This document shows, in pieces, positions 9,623-21,200 of a stretch of 64,000 bases of DNA. Under the pieces are notes generated by a model. It made no database searches. It was not told where the DNA came from and saw only the letters and a list, made by a program, of their open reading frames with translations. A program made the translations under genes and the position numbers. The stretch spans positions 21,266,001 through 21,330,000 of the forward strand of contig NC_083227.1 of assembly GCF_032191835.1 (NCBI RefSeq). The letters are read 5' to 3'. The number at the start of each line of letters is the position of its first letter. Within the stretch, counting starts at the first letter, position 1. This DNA comes from Heteronotia binoei (lineage: Eukaryota).

Positions 9623-12600
9623 CTGGAATGAAAACAGAAAAACATTAGCTTTTTCTTCTTCTTCCACCCCACCCTTCTTTTAAAGATCTCAGGAAAAACA
9701 GATAGGATCTATTCGCCCCTCCTCATTTAATCCTCACATCAGTCCTATGATGTACCTCAGGCTGCGTGGATTGGATTGGCCCAAGAAGAAGATATTCGAT
9801 TTATACCACCATCCCCCTTCACTGAATCTCAGAGTCTCAGAGTGGTTCACAATCTCCTTTACCTTCCTCCCCCACAACAGACACCCTGTGAGGTAGGTAG
9901 GGCTGAGAGAGCTCTCACAGAAGCTGCCCTTTCAAGGACAATCTCCTCTATCTTCCCCCTGCCCCCAACAGACACCCTGTGAGGTAGATGGGGCTGAGAG
10001 AGCTCTTACAGCAGCTGCCCTTTCAAAGACAACTCCTACCAGAGCTATGGCTGACCCAAGGCCATTCCAGCAGGTGCAAGTGGAGGAGTGGGGAATCAAA
10101 CCTGGTTCTCCCAGATAAGAGTCTACGCACTTAACTTTACCAAACACACAGGAACTTGTATTTTTGGATGGGCATTTTTAATCGGTGTCTGGAGCGTCTT
10201 CAAGCACTGGGCTAAGAGCAAGTTCAATCTCCGCTCTACCATGGATGCTTGGCTGGGTGACCTTGGGCCAGTCACTGTCTCTCAGATTAAACTCTCTCAC
10301 AGGGTTGTCGGGAGGATAACATGGGGGAAGGGAGAATGAGGCAATAAGCTGCTTTATTTATTTCATTTATGCCACCATCTTTTCCCCCAATAGGGACCCA
10401 AAGTAGTTTACAGTTTATTCCCTTTGCGTCTCCCACCAGGGAGAACACTGGGGCAGTGACGCTCTGTCTTCTTGGTGCTTGGAGTGGAGGGGCAAAAGTG
10501 GGAGGGCTTCTAGTGTCCTGGCCCCACTGATGGACCTCCTGATGGCCTGTTTTTTTTTGGGGGGGGGCACTGTGTGACACAGAGCATTGGACTGGATGGG
10601 CCATTGGCCTGATCCAACATGGCTTCTCTTATGTTCTTAAGTGACACAGAGTGTTGGACTGGATGGGCCATTGGCCTGATCCAACTTGGCTTCTCTTATG
10701 TTCTTATGTGACACAGAGTGTTGGACTGGGTGGGCCATTGGCCTGATCCAACGTGGCTGCTCTGATGTTCTTAAGTGACACAGAGTGTTGGACTGGGTGG
10801 GCCATTGGCCTGATCCAACTTGGCTTCTCTTATGTTCTTATGTGACACAGAGTGTTGGACTGGGTGGGCCATTGGCCTGATCCAACGTGGCTGCTCTTAT
10901 GTTCTTAAGTGACACAGAGTGTTGGACTGGATGGGCCATTGGCCTGATCCAACATGGCTTCTCTTATGTTCTTAAGTGACACAGAGTGTTGGACTGGATG
11001 GGCCATTGGCCTGATCCAACTTGGCTTCTCTTATGTTCTTATGTGACACAGAGTGTTGGACTGGGTGGGCCATTGGCCTGATCCAACGTGGCTTCTCTTA
11101 CATTCTTAACATAGCCCTAATCTGACCTTGTATTTGCTACTCAAAATGTATTGGCTTTTTAAAATTTATTAAAATATTTATCATAGAATTACAGAGTTGA
11201 AAGAGACCTCATTTATATAATGTTTTTCTTATTTGTTCAAGGCAGCATAACAACAAAGAAGGAAATGCCTTCTTTTTGACTCAGGTTTATTAGCAATAGA
11301 ATAATTAACAGGCATTCTCACATTCTGATGTGTTACTGTTTTATGGTTTCCCATGCTAATGCAACCCAGATCAAAGGTTTTCTGAATTTGTTAATTTTAC
11401 TATTCTGCTATTGGATTTTAACTTTGTACCACTTGGCATTCCAAACCCCACCAGCTATACGTGGCTCTGCTTACTGCACCTCATTCCTCGTCTGAAGAAG
11501 TGTGCATGCACACGAAAGCTTACGTTCTGAATAAAACTAAGTTGGTCTTAAAGGTGCAATCGACTCCTATTTTGTTCTACTACTTCAGACCAACACGGCT
11601 GCCTACTTGGCTATAACAGCAAGGAGTTTTTGAAGAAGGGTCTCCTTTTTTCCTTCACTATCTTGTACCGTGAGATGGTGGAACAGAGTTCCACCAGAAA
11701 AGGCCTCTGGAGGACCATGGAAAGACATGGCAGCTCTTACAGTTATCAAAACATTTATACTTTCATGGCTTCAGGCAGTTTTGAATGGAACAGTATGAAC
11801 ACATGGTTCAAGGCAGTTTTGAAAGGGATACTACGAGAGCATGCCTAATCCGGTCTACTCAGATATAACTCCCATTTTATTCAACGGACTTGCTCCCGGG
11901 AAACTGTTCTTGAGATTGCAGCCTGCCACACAGACAAACCTAGAGAGCCTGTGCGGTGTAGTTGTTAAGAGCAGTGGACTCTAATCTGGAACGATGGGTT
12001 TGACCCCCCACTCCTCCTCCACAGGAAGCCAGCTGGCTGACCCTGGGCCAGTCACAATTCTCTCAGCCCCACCTGCCTCTAAGGGTGTAGGGAAAGGAAG
12101 AGAATGTGATCGTAAGCCACTGTAAGACTTCTTAAGGAAGAGGAAGGCAGAAACAACCCTAGAAGGGGAGGGTTGTTAGGTTCATGCTGCCTTCATCATC
12201 TGCTGTTTTTTTCTGAATCCTAGGAGAAGCAGCCAAGTCCCAAAAAGTCCTCGCTTTGGCCTCCTGCCCTAAACTCAATGTTAAAGTTGAAGTACTGCAG
12301 TCCTAAGCTCTGCTCACGACCTGAGTTCGATCCCTGGCAGAAGCTGGGTTTTCAGCCAGCTCAGGTTGACTCAGCCTTCCATCCTTCCAAGGTCGGTAAA
12401 ATGAGTACCCAGCTTGCTGGGGGGGAAGCGTAGATGACTTTCATGGCAAACCACCCCGTAAAAAGTCTGCCATGAAAACATTGTGAAAGCAACGTCACCC
12501 CAGAGTCGGAAACGACTGGTGCTTGCACAGGGGACCTTTCCTTTTTCCTTTCCTAAACTCAATGGCTGGCTTTACAAAAGCTGCTCTGCTCCATGGGATT

Positions 12601-15600
12601 AATAAAGCTGGCCTACTGTAAGGATAACAATTGACATATGTGAAGTGCCCTGAACCCCAAAAGCTGTATAATTGCTAAATAATCATCATATATATGCACT
12701 AGCCACAGGAACCTTCCATGTCGATTTTTTTTTAAAAAATCCATATGGGAGGGTGATTCCTGGGGAAGAAATATGGGTTTCTGCAAAAATATAAAACCTT
12801 TAAAAAGTAGGATTAAATAAAAGTTTTTAAAACCTTCATAATGCTCTGGAGACTACCTCATGAGATCTCCAACTGCCAACTGTTCTTGTCCCCCCAGAAC
12901 AACTTTGCCAAGGCCCTATGTCAAGAAGGAAGAAAACAAGGAGCGGTTGGGATTGGGGAGGGGGGTAGATTTTTTGCAGGTTCCCCTTCTTGTAAAGTAA
13001 TATATTATCATTGTGGTTTGCAGAGCCTGAGCTCTGAAGATCCAGCTGTAGTAACTAACAGTAGAAGTATCTTATTTTACTATCTGGGAAAGAGTGAGGG
13101 AGTGTGAGAGCCAGAGATTCTCCAAGATCTGTATGCATAATGGCAAATCGTACGCCATCATTGTCTGAACAGAATGCCTACAAGAGGGGACTGGATAAAC
13201 ACATGGAGCAGAGGTATAGCTGGAACACTCTGTCTGGGGCAGTGATGCTCTGTATTCTTGGTGCTTGGGAGGGGGCAACAGTGGGAGGGCTTCTAGTGTC
13301 CTGTTCCCACTGGTGAACCTCCTGATGGCACCTGATTTTTTGGCTACTGTGTGACACAGAGCATTGGACTGGATGGGCCTTTGGCCTGATGCAATATGGC
13401 TTCTCTGATGTTTTTATGTTAACCTCAGAAAACCATTTGCACAGTCTCACCCTATGGACACTTACCAAACAAGCTGGCACTTGCCTCGCCCTCGTGCTTT
13501 GCCTCCCCAGATAGCTGCATCTCCTCACCATCCGACAGATCCTGTTCTTCCTTAGGGGAATGAACAACCACCTCCTCAAAAGGCTCCAGCTCCTGAAACC
13601 AGAGAACAGAGGTGGAGAAAAGTCACAACAGGAAGGAAAGGGCAAGTGCCTGCCCCATTCTATCAGCAACGAAAGCAGTAAAGAAGCCAGCTTCCATTCA
13701 AGAGTGCCACTTCTCGAGAAGGTCAACGATGAAACAGGGTCACATTCAGATGCTCATCAACTTACTACAAAAGCTCTTTTACAGCATCATAAGGATGGGA
13801 CTTTTCTAATTTTTGTGACACAACTTAGTGTGAGATTTTTCTGTTAGTTCTGTGATATGTAAGGACCATTTGTGTTTTTATGAACTATAAAATATTTTAT
13901 GAACTATAAAATATAGAAGCCACAAATCATAGATTGCTTGTTATTCTTAGTCTGAGCACTGGTCCATCTCGCTGTCATTTTACACCAACCGCCAGCAGAG
14001 GTCCAGGAGGTTAGGCCAAGAAGGCTCCTTCCCAAAAGGTGCCAGGGAGCGAACGTGGGATACTCAGCCCGCAAGGTGGATGTCCTGCCCCCAAGTCACA
14101 GCCGCCTCCCCATTTGGACTTGCCCAATGGCAACAATGCACTCACCTGCCTCCCTTGTCTCTCTGCCTCCTCCAGCCTCCGCAAGAACGCCTCAGCCAGG
14201 GTCACTGCCTGAAGGCAGCTCTCAGGCCCTCCTTCCCGCACCCAGCTCTGCATTTCCTCTGGCAAGATGCTCAGGAACTGCTCCAAGACCAGCAAGTCTA
14301 GGATCTCTTCTTTGGTCCGTCTCTCTGGTTCCAGCCACTGACAACAGAGTCCCTGGAGTTGCTGGCAAACATCCTGGGGCCCTTTGGCCTCCCAGTAGCA
14401 GAAGCGCCTGAACCGCCGGCAGTTCACCTCCAGGCCAACATTCTCCTCCTTCAGCCTCTCTTCTTTCACTGTCACAGGGGGATCTGGGCTTCCCCAGGCC
14501 TTCCGGGGTGCTTTGTGGAGGCCTGACGGGGTCTTAGTCTCAAGCTCTCCTCTAGGCTGCTGGCTGGCACGTCTCACATCCCTGAAGGAATCCTGAAAAG
14601 ACTTTGTATCCTCCCACGACTGCGGCGGAGGCATCAGTGGGCTCCGCCATCCTGAGTGAGGGAACTCCACCGTCTTCAGGAACTCCTGCCATTGGGAGTC
14701 CCACCGCTGCTGCAGCCCCTCCTCAGGTTCCTGCTTAATTTCCTTTGGAGCCACCCCATTTGGGAGCTCCCTGCTGGTTCCTACTGGGGCAGCGCTAGGG
14801 TCCCTTGCTCCTTTTAGTGGTCCATCCGGATCCAGCTTCTCCATCTTGACATCCGCACGCTCTGTAAATGACAGCGCAAACAAGAGTTTCTGCCTCTTGC
14901 CCCAGTGATAGTCAGATCATTTATTATTACATTTCTAAACGGCTAAGCAGCTAACTAGCTAGCTAACATCTAGCTAACTGATTGGTACTTTGATCATTGG
15001 TCAAAATTCCAATCTGTTTTCAGAATTTTCCCTTCTATGCCCTGACCTGGGACAGCCCAGGCAAGCCCAGTCCCATCAGAACTCGTAAGCTAAGAAGGGC
15101 CGACCCTGGCAAGAACTTGAGATAGGAGACCAAAGAATGATGAACACGTGGAATTCACTGCCACAGGACGTGGTGGTGACTGCAAGCACAGCCAGCTTCA
15201 AGAGGGGATTGGATAAACATATGGAGCAGAGGTCCATCAGTAGCTATTAGCCACAGTGTATTGTTGGAACTCTCTGTCTGGAGCAGCGATGCTCTGCATT
15301 CTGGGCGCTTGGGGAGGAGCTATGATGCTCTGCATTCTGGGTGTTTGGGGAGGCGCTAAGGCTCAGCGGTAGGGTACTTCCCTGGCATACCAATGGTCAG
15401 GAGTGGAATTCTAGCAGGAGCTCCTTTGCACAGTGGGAAGGCTTCTAGTGTTCTGGCCCCACTGGTAGACCTCCTGATAGCAACTGGGGTTTTTTTGGCC
15501 ACTGTGTGACACAGAGTGTTGGACTGGATGAGCCATTGGCCTGATCCAACATGGCTTCTCTTATGTTCTTATGAGACCTCCAAGGAATATTATGGCCAGG

Positions 15601-18363
15601 ATGCAGAGGAAGGCAAACAAGCCACATCTTTGAAACATCCAAATCCCACTAGCAGTCACCAGAAGTTACCCACAACTTCCAGGCACACATGTACACAAAT
15701 ACACACACACAATACAAAAAAAAAAAAAGAATTCCCTTCTAGCAACAAGAAGCAACAGCTAAACGTGGCTGGAAGGGCTACAAAGAAAGCCATGAATATT
15801 TTCTGTCTGCATTTTTCACCAATTTGCTTTTGGTTTAGTTTGAATGTTTGGGGAGGAACTATGGCTCAGCAGTAGGGTGCTTGCCTGGCATACCGATGGT
15901 CAGGAGTGGAATTCTAGCAGGAGCTCCTTTGCATATAAGGCCTCACACCCCTGATGTAGCCAATCCTCCAAGAGCTTACGAGGCTCCTTTTTGTAAGCTC
16001 CAGGAGGATTGGCTACATCAGGAGGGTGTGGCCTAATATGCAAAGGAGCTCCTGCTAGAATTCCACCCCTGCCGATGGTCCCAAGTTCAACCCCTGGCAT
16101 CTCCAGTTGAAGAATCTCAAGCCCTTTGTGTTAGGGAAAACACTCTGGAGAGCCACTGCCAGTCAGAGGAGGTAAGACTGGGACCATTGTTATCATTCTC
16201 TTTGTTTATATTGTATTTATTCAAAACATTTACTAACTGCCTTTCTTCCATGTAGAGCTCAAGGCTGCTTATAATACAGATAATGCACATAAGATAAAAA
16301 CACATTAAAAACAGAGGCATTAAGATTTGAAATCACAATTAAAAACATAAGAGAAGCCGTGATGGATCAGACCATCAGTCCATCCAGTCCAACACTCTGT
16401 GTCACACAGTGGCCCAACCCAGGTGTCACCAACAGTCGGGCCAGAACTCCAGAAGTCCTCCTACACCACCCCCCAGCACCAAGAAAACAGAATATGTCTG
16501 TCCCAGACATACTGCTCTATCTATACCCTGTGGCTAATAGCCACTGATGGACATCTGCTCCATATGTTTATCCAATCCCCTGTTGAAGCTGGCTATGCTT
16601 GTAGCCACCTGCCATCACTTCCTGTGACAGGGAATTCAATGTGTTAATTACTCTTTGGGTGAAGAATTCAGGACTGCTAATAAAGGTAACCAAATTCAGC
16701 TCAAAATAAAAACTGTCTTCAGCTGCCTCCTAAAGACTGTAAGTGAGTAGGGCAGATGCACCTCTCTACAACTGTTACGGCCCCTCCTCACTGAGCTTCA
16801 AGGCCCATTACAAAATATGAAAATCAAATCCCCCTCAAACAGCAAAGACGCTGAATGCAAAAGAATTAAAAATCGGACAGGCCATTGGGGAGGGCGGCAG
16901 GTTTACAGGGGGGCAGAATTTATAGGGTTGCCTGCTCTGGGTTGGGAAATTCCTGGGATTGGGGGAGAGTGGGGCTTGAAGGGGAGGAACATCAGCATGG
17001 AGTCCACCTTTCAAAGCAGCCCTTATCTCCAGGGGAATTGATAGCTTGGAGATCAATTTCATTCCAGAAGATTTCCAGTCACTGCCCGGTGGCTGACAAC
17101 CAGTGTTCCCTCTAAGCTGAGTTAGCGTGAGCTAGCTCACAGATTTTTAGCCTCCAGCTCACAGATTTTTGCTTTAGCTCAGGAAAAAAGGCCCCAGAGC
17201 ACACTGATTTATGCAGTAGCTCACAACTTTAATACCAGTAGCTCACAAAGTAGAATTTTTGCTTACAAGACTCTGCAGCTTAGAGAGAACATTGGATACC
17301 AGCAGTGTTCCCTCTAAGCTGAGTTAGCATGAGCTAGCACACAGTTTTTTAGCCTCCAGCTCACACATTTTTTGTCTTAGCTCAGGAAGGATGATCCCAG
17401 AGCACACTAATTTATGCAGTCGCTCACAATTTTAATGCCAATAGCTTACAACTTTAATGCCAGTAGCTCAGAAGGTAGAATTTTTGCTCACAAGACTCTG
17501 CAGCTTAGAGGGAACATTGGATACCAGCACCTTTTTTTGGGGGGGGGGGGGGCTTTTCCATGTCCTGAGGAGGGAACTGGTGGAAATCAGTACAACCTTA
17601 TAGATCATAGAATCATAAAGTTGGAAGGGACCTCTAGGGTCATCTAGTCCAATTCCTCTAGATGAATGCTGACACCATTTTTGTTGCTGTTGCTTGTTTA
17701 CACACACACACACACCACAAAAAGCACTGGAACTGGAAACGATCCAACCAAAATGTGGATTGGGATTAAAATGTGGGATTTGCTGCTTGAGAACGCAATG
17801 ATGGCCACAGGAATAAACAGCTTTAAAGAGGGATTGGATAGATTTATGGAGGATAAGTCTATCGGTGGCTATTAGCCATGGTGACTCAGGGAAGCCCTCA
17901 CATTCAGAGGCACTAAACCTTTGGATCCCAGAGCCAAGAGGCAACATGGAGGAAAGGCCTCGGCCTCTATGCCCTCTTGGTAGCCATCCAGAGAACTGGT
18001 TGGTCGTTGTGTGAGACAGGATGCTGGATTAGACAGACCACTGGTCTGATTCAGCAAAGCCCTTCTTACATTCTTGAAATTGTCTAGGAGGCAATGAAAA
18101 GAATCCAAGCCAACAACCTCGCGCTTTTATGTATGCGTGGAGTGTATTTGCTCAGCAATGCATTTGGGCGCTATCTGGGCTTCCACGCTTGGAGAAAAAC
18201 CAGCATTGAGACACCTTCTCGCCGTCCCCGCCCCAAATCTAGAGGCAAGCTTGGAGGTTCCCCACTTTTGCAACCCTGCACCCTCTCTGCAGAGCTTTCC
18301 ATCTTTCCTCCACCTTCATGGTAACCGCCTGTTCTCTGCTGGAGACTCACCCTCTCTTTGCAT
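8736..18363 (-). CDS. Gene A: SCAN + KRAB-A-derived + C2H2 zinc-finger protein (~566 aa); coding exons 18363-18351, 14861-14146, 13550-13466, 9622-8736
   Basis: GT-AG introns at every junction. Exon lengths 13+716+85+887=1701 nt form a continuous frame. SCAN motif [62 protein letters not shown]; TGERP-linked fingers. Confidence 0.82.
9786..10142 (-). mobile_element. Family 2 SINE with an internally duplicated segment
   Basis: The CCCCCAACAGACACCCTGTGAGGTAG...GCTGCCCTTTCAA segment occurs twice. Confidence 0.75.
10445..10640 (+). mobile_element. CR1 LINE 3' UTR fragment
   Basis: GGGGCAGTGACGCTCTG...GCCTGATCCAACATGGCTTCTCTTATGTTCTTA terminus, same as the other CR1 tails. Confidence 0.75.
10574..11109 (+). 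repeat. Tandem array, 8 x 67 bp, built from the CR1 3' terminus
   Basis: Units start at 10574, 10641, 10708, 10775, 10842, 10909, 10976 and 11043 (GTGACACAGAGTGTTGGACTGG...CTTCTCTTATGTTCTTA). Confidence 0.95.
11489..11524 (+). ncRNA. Minimal type I hammerhead ribozyme motif of a Penelope-like element terminal repeat
   Basis: CGT-CTGAAGA-A-GTGTGCATGCACAC-GAAAGCTT-ACG: conserved core, palindromic stems II and III, 3-bp stem I; followed by the PLE tail AATAAAAC...GGTCTTAAAGGTGC. Confidence 0.65.
12285..12541 (+). mobile_element. Sauria-type SINE
   Basis: Homologous to 1547-1775, with the GGTGCTTGCACAGGGGACCTTTCC tail. Confidence 0.8.
13150..13420 (+). mobile_element. CR1 LINE 3' fragment
   Basis: AGAGGGGACTGGATAAACACATGGAGCAGAGG...CTCTGATGTTTTTATG. 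Confidence 0.75.
13466..13550 (-). CDS. Gene A short phase 0-1 exon (KRAB-A-derived remnant, 85 nt)
   Basis: TTCATTCCCCTAAG|...|GTAAGT; EEQDLSDGEEMQLSGEAKHEGEASASLF-G. Confidence 0.7.
14146..14861 (-). CDS. Gene A SCAN-domain exon
   Basis: TCATTTACAG acceptor and CAG|GTGAGT donor; full SCAN domain. Confidence 0.9.
15048..15135 (+). mobile_element. 5S rRNA-derived SINE head
   Basis: GCAAGCCCAGTCCCATCAGAACTCGTAAGCTAAGAAGGGCCGACCCTGGC...GGAGACC resembles the 5S internal promoter region. Confidence 0.6.
15140..15575 (+). mobile_element. CR1 3' fragment carrying an inserted SINE/MITE junction copy
   Basis: TGGAATTCACTGCCACAGGA...TTAGCCACAGTG...CTTCTCTTATGTTCTTATG. Confidence 0.75.
15901..16071. 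mobile_element. Palindromic hAT MITE (hairpin family), inserted in a family 1 SINE head
   Basis: CAGGAGTGGAATTCTAGC...GCTAGAATTCCACCCCTG; 8-bp TSD CCGATGGT at 15893-15900 and 16072-16079. Confidence 0.9.
17101..17519. mobile_element. Two adjacent hAT MITEs (TIR CAGTGTTCCCTCTAAGCTG): 17101-17294 and 17303-17519
   Basis: The second copy is flanked by 8-bp TSD GATACCAG (17295-17302, 17520-17527); a third copy is at 53951. Confidence 0.9.
17745..18075 (+). mobile_element. CR1 3' fragment (second subfamily)
   Basis: AAAATGTGG...AGAGGGATTGGATAGATTTATGGAGGATAAGTC...GGTCTGATTCAGC; homologs at 42960, 48625 and 52290. Confidence 0.7.
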
Positions 18364-18630
18364 GGCACCCCCTGTGGCTAGCAGCCGCTCGTCTGAAGTT
18401 GCTTCCCTGGCTGGGGGAAAGAAACACAAAATAACAAGTCCAAAAGTCAGGTTCTCATTAGGGATTGGGAGGGGGGCAGGAAGCCGGAAGGCGCCCTCTT
18501 GCTTTCTGGCACGGGTGCTCCCATGGAGCTGCTTGGACTCTCTAGGATAGGACAGCTCGGTGCCTTTAACTCTTTCCGCCACGCTTAGGTGTGAGGAGCA
18601 TAGAGAGGGCAGCAAGGAAGCAGACCACCT
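18220..18630 (-). promoter_or_regulatory. CpG-enriched 5' region of gene A, including the 60-nt start-codon exon (18410-18351)
   Basis: GC box CCCCGCCCC 18226-18234, ETS CCGGAAG 18484-18490; exon TTTCCCCCAG|...ATGCAAAGAGAGG|GTGAGT in phase with the SCAN exon. Confidence 0.5.
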
Positions 18631-18930
18631 GCCAATCCCCAGGTGGAGGCAGGGGATCCCCCGGTTTGGAAGCCCTCTCCCCCCTTCCGCGTCAGGGTCA
18701 TCAGAAAACAAGGGGAGGGAAATGTCTGATGGGCACCCCATTATTCCCTATGAATACCACTTCACATAGGGTATAATGCTGATTTGATCTGCGGCTATCT
18801 GGGGCTCTTTAGGGTAGCTGTTTTTTGAGGTAGAGGCACCAGATTTTCAGCATAGCATCTGGTGCCTCTCCCCAAAGTACCCTCCAAGTTTCAAAAAGAT
18901 TGGACCAGGGGGTTCAATTCTGTTATTGCA

Positions 18931-19032
18931 ACAAAAATATTATTGCAGAAGGAAGCTTTCTTTATCCACAAATTCCGGACCATGTCTTCTTGGGGCTTAA
19001 ACGCCTCCCTGGATCTATCGGTACTCGCTTGA
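18931..19032 (+). mobile_element. Penelope-like (Neptune-type) element, C-terminus of the GIY-YIG ORF
   Basis: TKILLQKEAFFIHKFRTMSSWGLNASLDLSVLA* fits the PLE terminal motif LxxEAxWIxxLxTxxPxGLNxxxDL. Confidence 0.6.
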
Positions 19033-20574
19033 AATTGTGTAAAAAATCATTGTAAAATGGATGTATTACTTTGTTTGGGAAAGTGTGTTGAATCTCTGTA
19101 ATTGTAACAGCTGTGTTAGACCATTTAACGCATGCCCAATGAGGCTTGGTATGGAGAACCGATCGTGCAAACAAGAAATGTAAACTATTGCGTGTGAGCC
19201 GTTGCCTTAGCACAGGATAAGAAGTTATTTCTGAGATCAATGTATATAAATACAGGTTTATTTTCATATGTTTTGGAGGGTATTATATTAATCATTTAAT
19301 TTTATGGTAAGTTCCTGACAAAAATGCAGGCGGCCAGTGGAAGTGGCAAATGAAACATGAATAGAGACTTGAATTCGTGTAGCTGCACCTGTTGGATGCA
19401 GGACTGCTACCGCTACATTATTCAATTATTATGGTACACCTGTGTCTGTCAGGAAACGGGATATACAGACAGCAGGATACTAATTTATTACAGCATTGAA
19501 TATGAACTTTTTTTACAACTAGTGAAATAATTTCTGAACATTGAGCTTGGTTGAGTCACTTGAATTTTGTTTAAAAGATATTTTGGAAAGTTCTAATGAA
19601 TTGAGTATTTCAGAAAACTGTGCATTTATTCAAAGCTTGTTAATTTCACAGTGTTCTTTCTTTTTTCTATCAACAGTGTTCTTTCTTTTTTCTATCAATC
19701 TATACACTGTGGTTTCCGGTTTGGTCTTATTCCCACCTGGGGATTGGCAACTGTATTGTCAGGTCCATGTTGGGAAACTCCTGGAGATTTGGGGACTGAG
19801 CCTGGGGAGCTCGGTGAGGTACAGTGCCCGAGAGTCCACCCTCCAAAGTATCCATTTTCTCCAGGGGAGCTGATCTCCATAGTCTGGAAATGAGCTATAA
19901 TTCCAGGGGATTCCTAGGTCACACCTGGAGGCTGGCACTCCTACATGGCAGTCCAACCTAGCTTCTGCATTCTTGGAGGAACAGTGGGATAAAAGTGTAC
20001 TTCACAAAGAGAGAGAAAATAGGAGTGTAGTACTAAGTATTATAATTACAAGTAGGTGGCAGCCCTCTTCACCAGATGGATTTCTTGTCTGTCTTGCGGC
20101 TGTCAAAAAGCACAGAGCTGCTGGTGGGGTGGGAGTCAGCCACCTGATGAACAGAGATTCTCTGAGCAGACACAGGAACTTTCACAGGACCTGAATACTC
20201 GTGAACTCGATGCTTTGCGAGGTAGTTCACGTGCCGAGTGAGAGGATGCTCACAACAGCCTGGAGCTCAGCCAAAGAGAAGGAAAGTGTCCAGGGTTGGA
20301 GGCTTCCAGAATGCTACAGGCCCTGTTACTATGGGTAACCATCACAATGGAAGGCCAGATACCAAGGTGATGGCAGGGAAAGATGGCAAATCCAGGAGTC
20401 CAAAAGGAATAAGCAGTGTAAAAATGGCCTGACAGAGCTTCATGAGATGTTTGTTTACATCCAGGCCAGGAAAAGCTTCAGCGGCCCATTTTCACATATC
20501 TGTTAATGGGACAGGACATTATTATCTAGGCAAGTTGTCTAGAGAACAACAGCCCTACCTCCTGGGATTAAGAA

Positions 20575-21200
20575 CATAAGAGAAGCCATGTTGGATCAGG
20601 CCAGTGGCCCATCCAGTCCAGCACTCTGTGCCACACAGTGGCCAAAAAACCCCAGGTGCCATCAGGAGGTCCACCAGTGGGACCAGAACTCTTCAGAAGC
20701 CTTCCCACTGTTGCTTCCACCCCAAGAAGCAAGACGACAGAGCATCACTACCCCAGATAAAGCGTTCCATCTATACCTTGTAGCTAGCAAGTTTGGTGTA
20801 GTGGTTAAGTGTGCGGACCCTTATCTGGGAGAACCGGGTTTGATTCCCCGCTCCTCCACTTGCAGCTGCTGGAATGGCCTTGGGTCAGCCACAGCTCTCA
20901 CAGGAGTTGTCCTAGAAAGGGCAGCTGCTGTGAGAGCCTTTTCAGTCCCACCCACCTCACAGGGTGTCTGTTGTGGTGGGAGAAGATATAGGAGATTGTA
21001 AGCTGCTCTGAATCTCTGATTCATAGAGAAGGGCAGGGTATACATCTGCAGTCTTCTTCTAGCCACTCATGGATCTCTACTCCATATGTTTATCCAATCC
21101 CCTCTCGAAGTGGCCTATGCTTGTAGCCACCTCCACTTCCTGTGGCAGGGAATTCCACATGTTAATGACTGTTTGGGTGAAGAAAGACTTCCTTTTATCT
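20575..21200. mobile_element. Minus-strand CR1 3' fragment interrupted by a family 2 SINE (+, ~20788-21060)
   Basis: The CR1 tail resumes at AGCCACTCATGGATCTCTACTCCATATGTTTATCCAATCCC after the SINE. Confidence 0.75.

Noticed and set aside
10574-11109. CRISPR-like array
   Set aside because: Eukaryotic context, no unique spacers; units are CR1 3' ends
11630-11848. LYREMVEQ as a KRAB fragment
   Set aside because: Wrong strand for gene A, and the rest of the KRAB pattern is missing
19960-20480. Possible LTR/gag-like segment
   Set aside because: No recognisable motif, PBS or paired LTR; left unassigned
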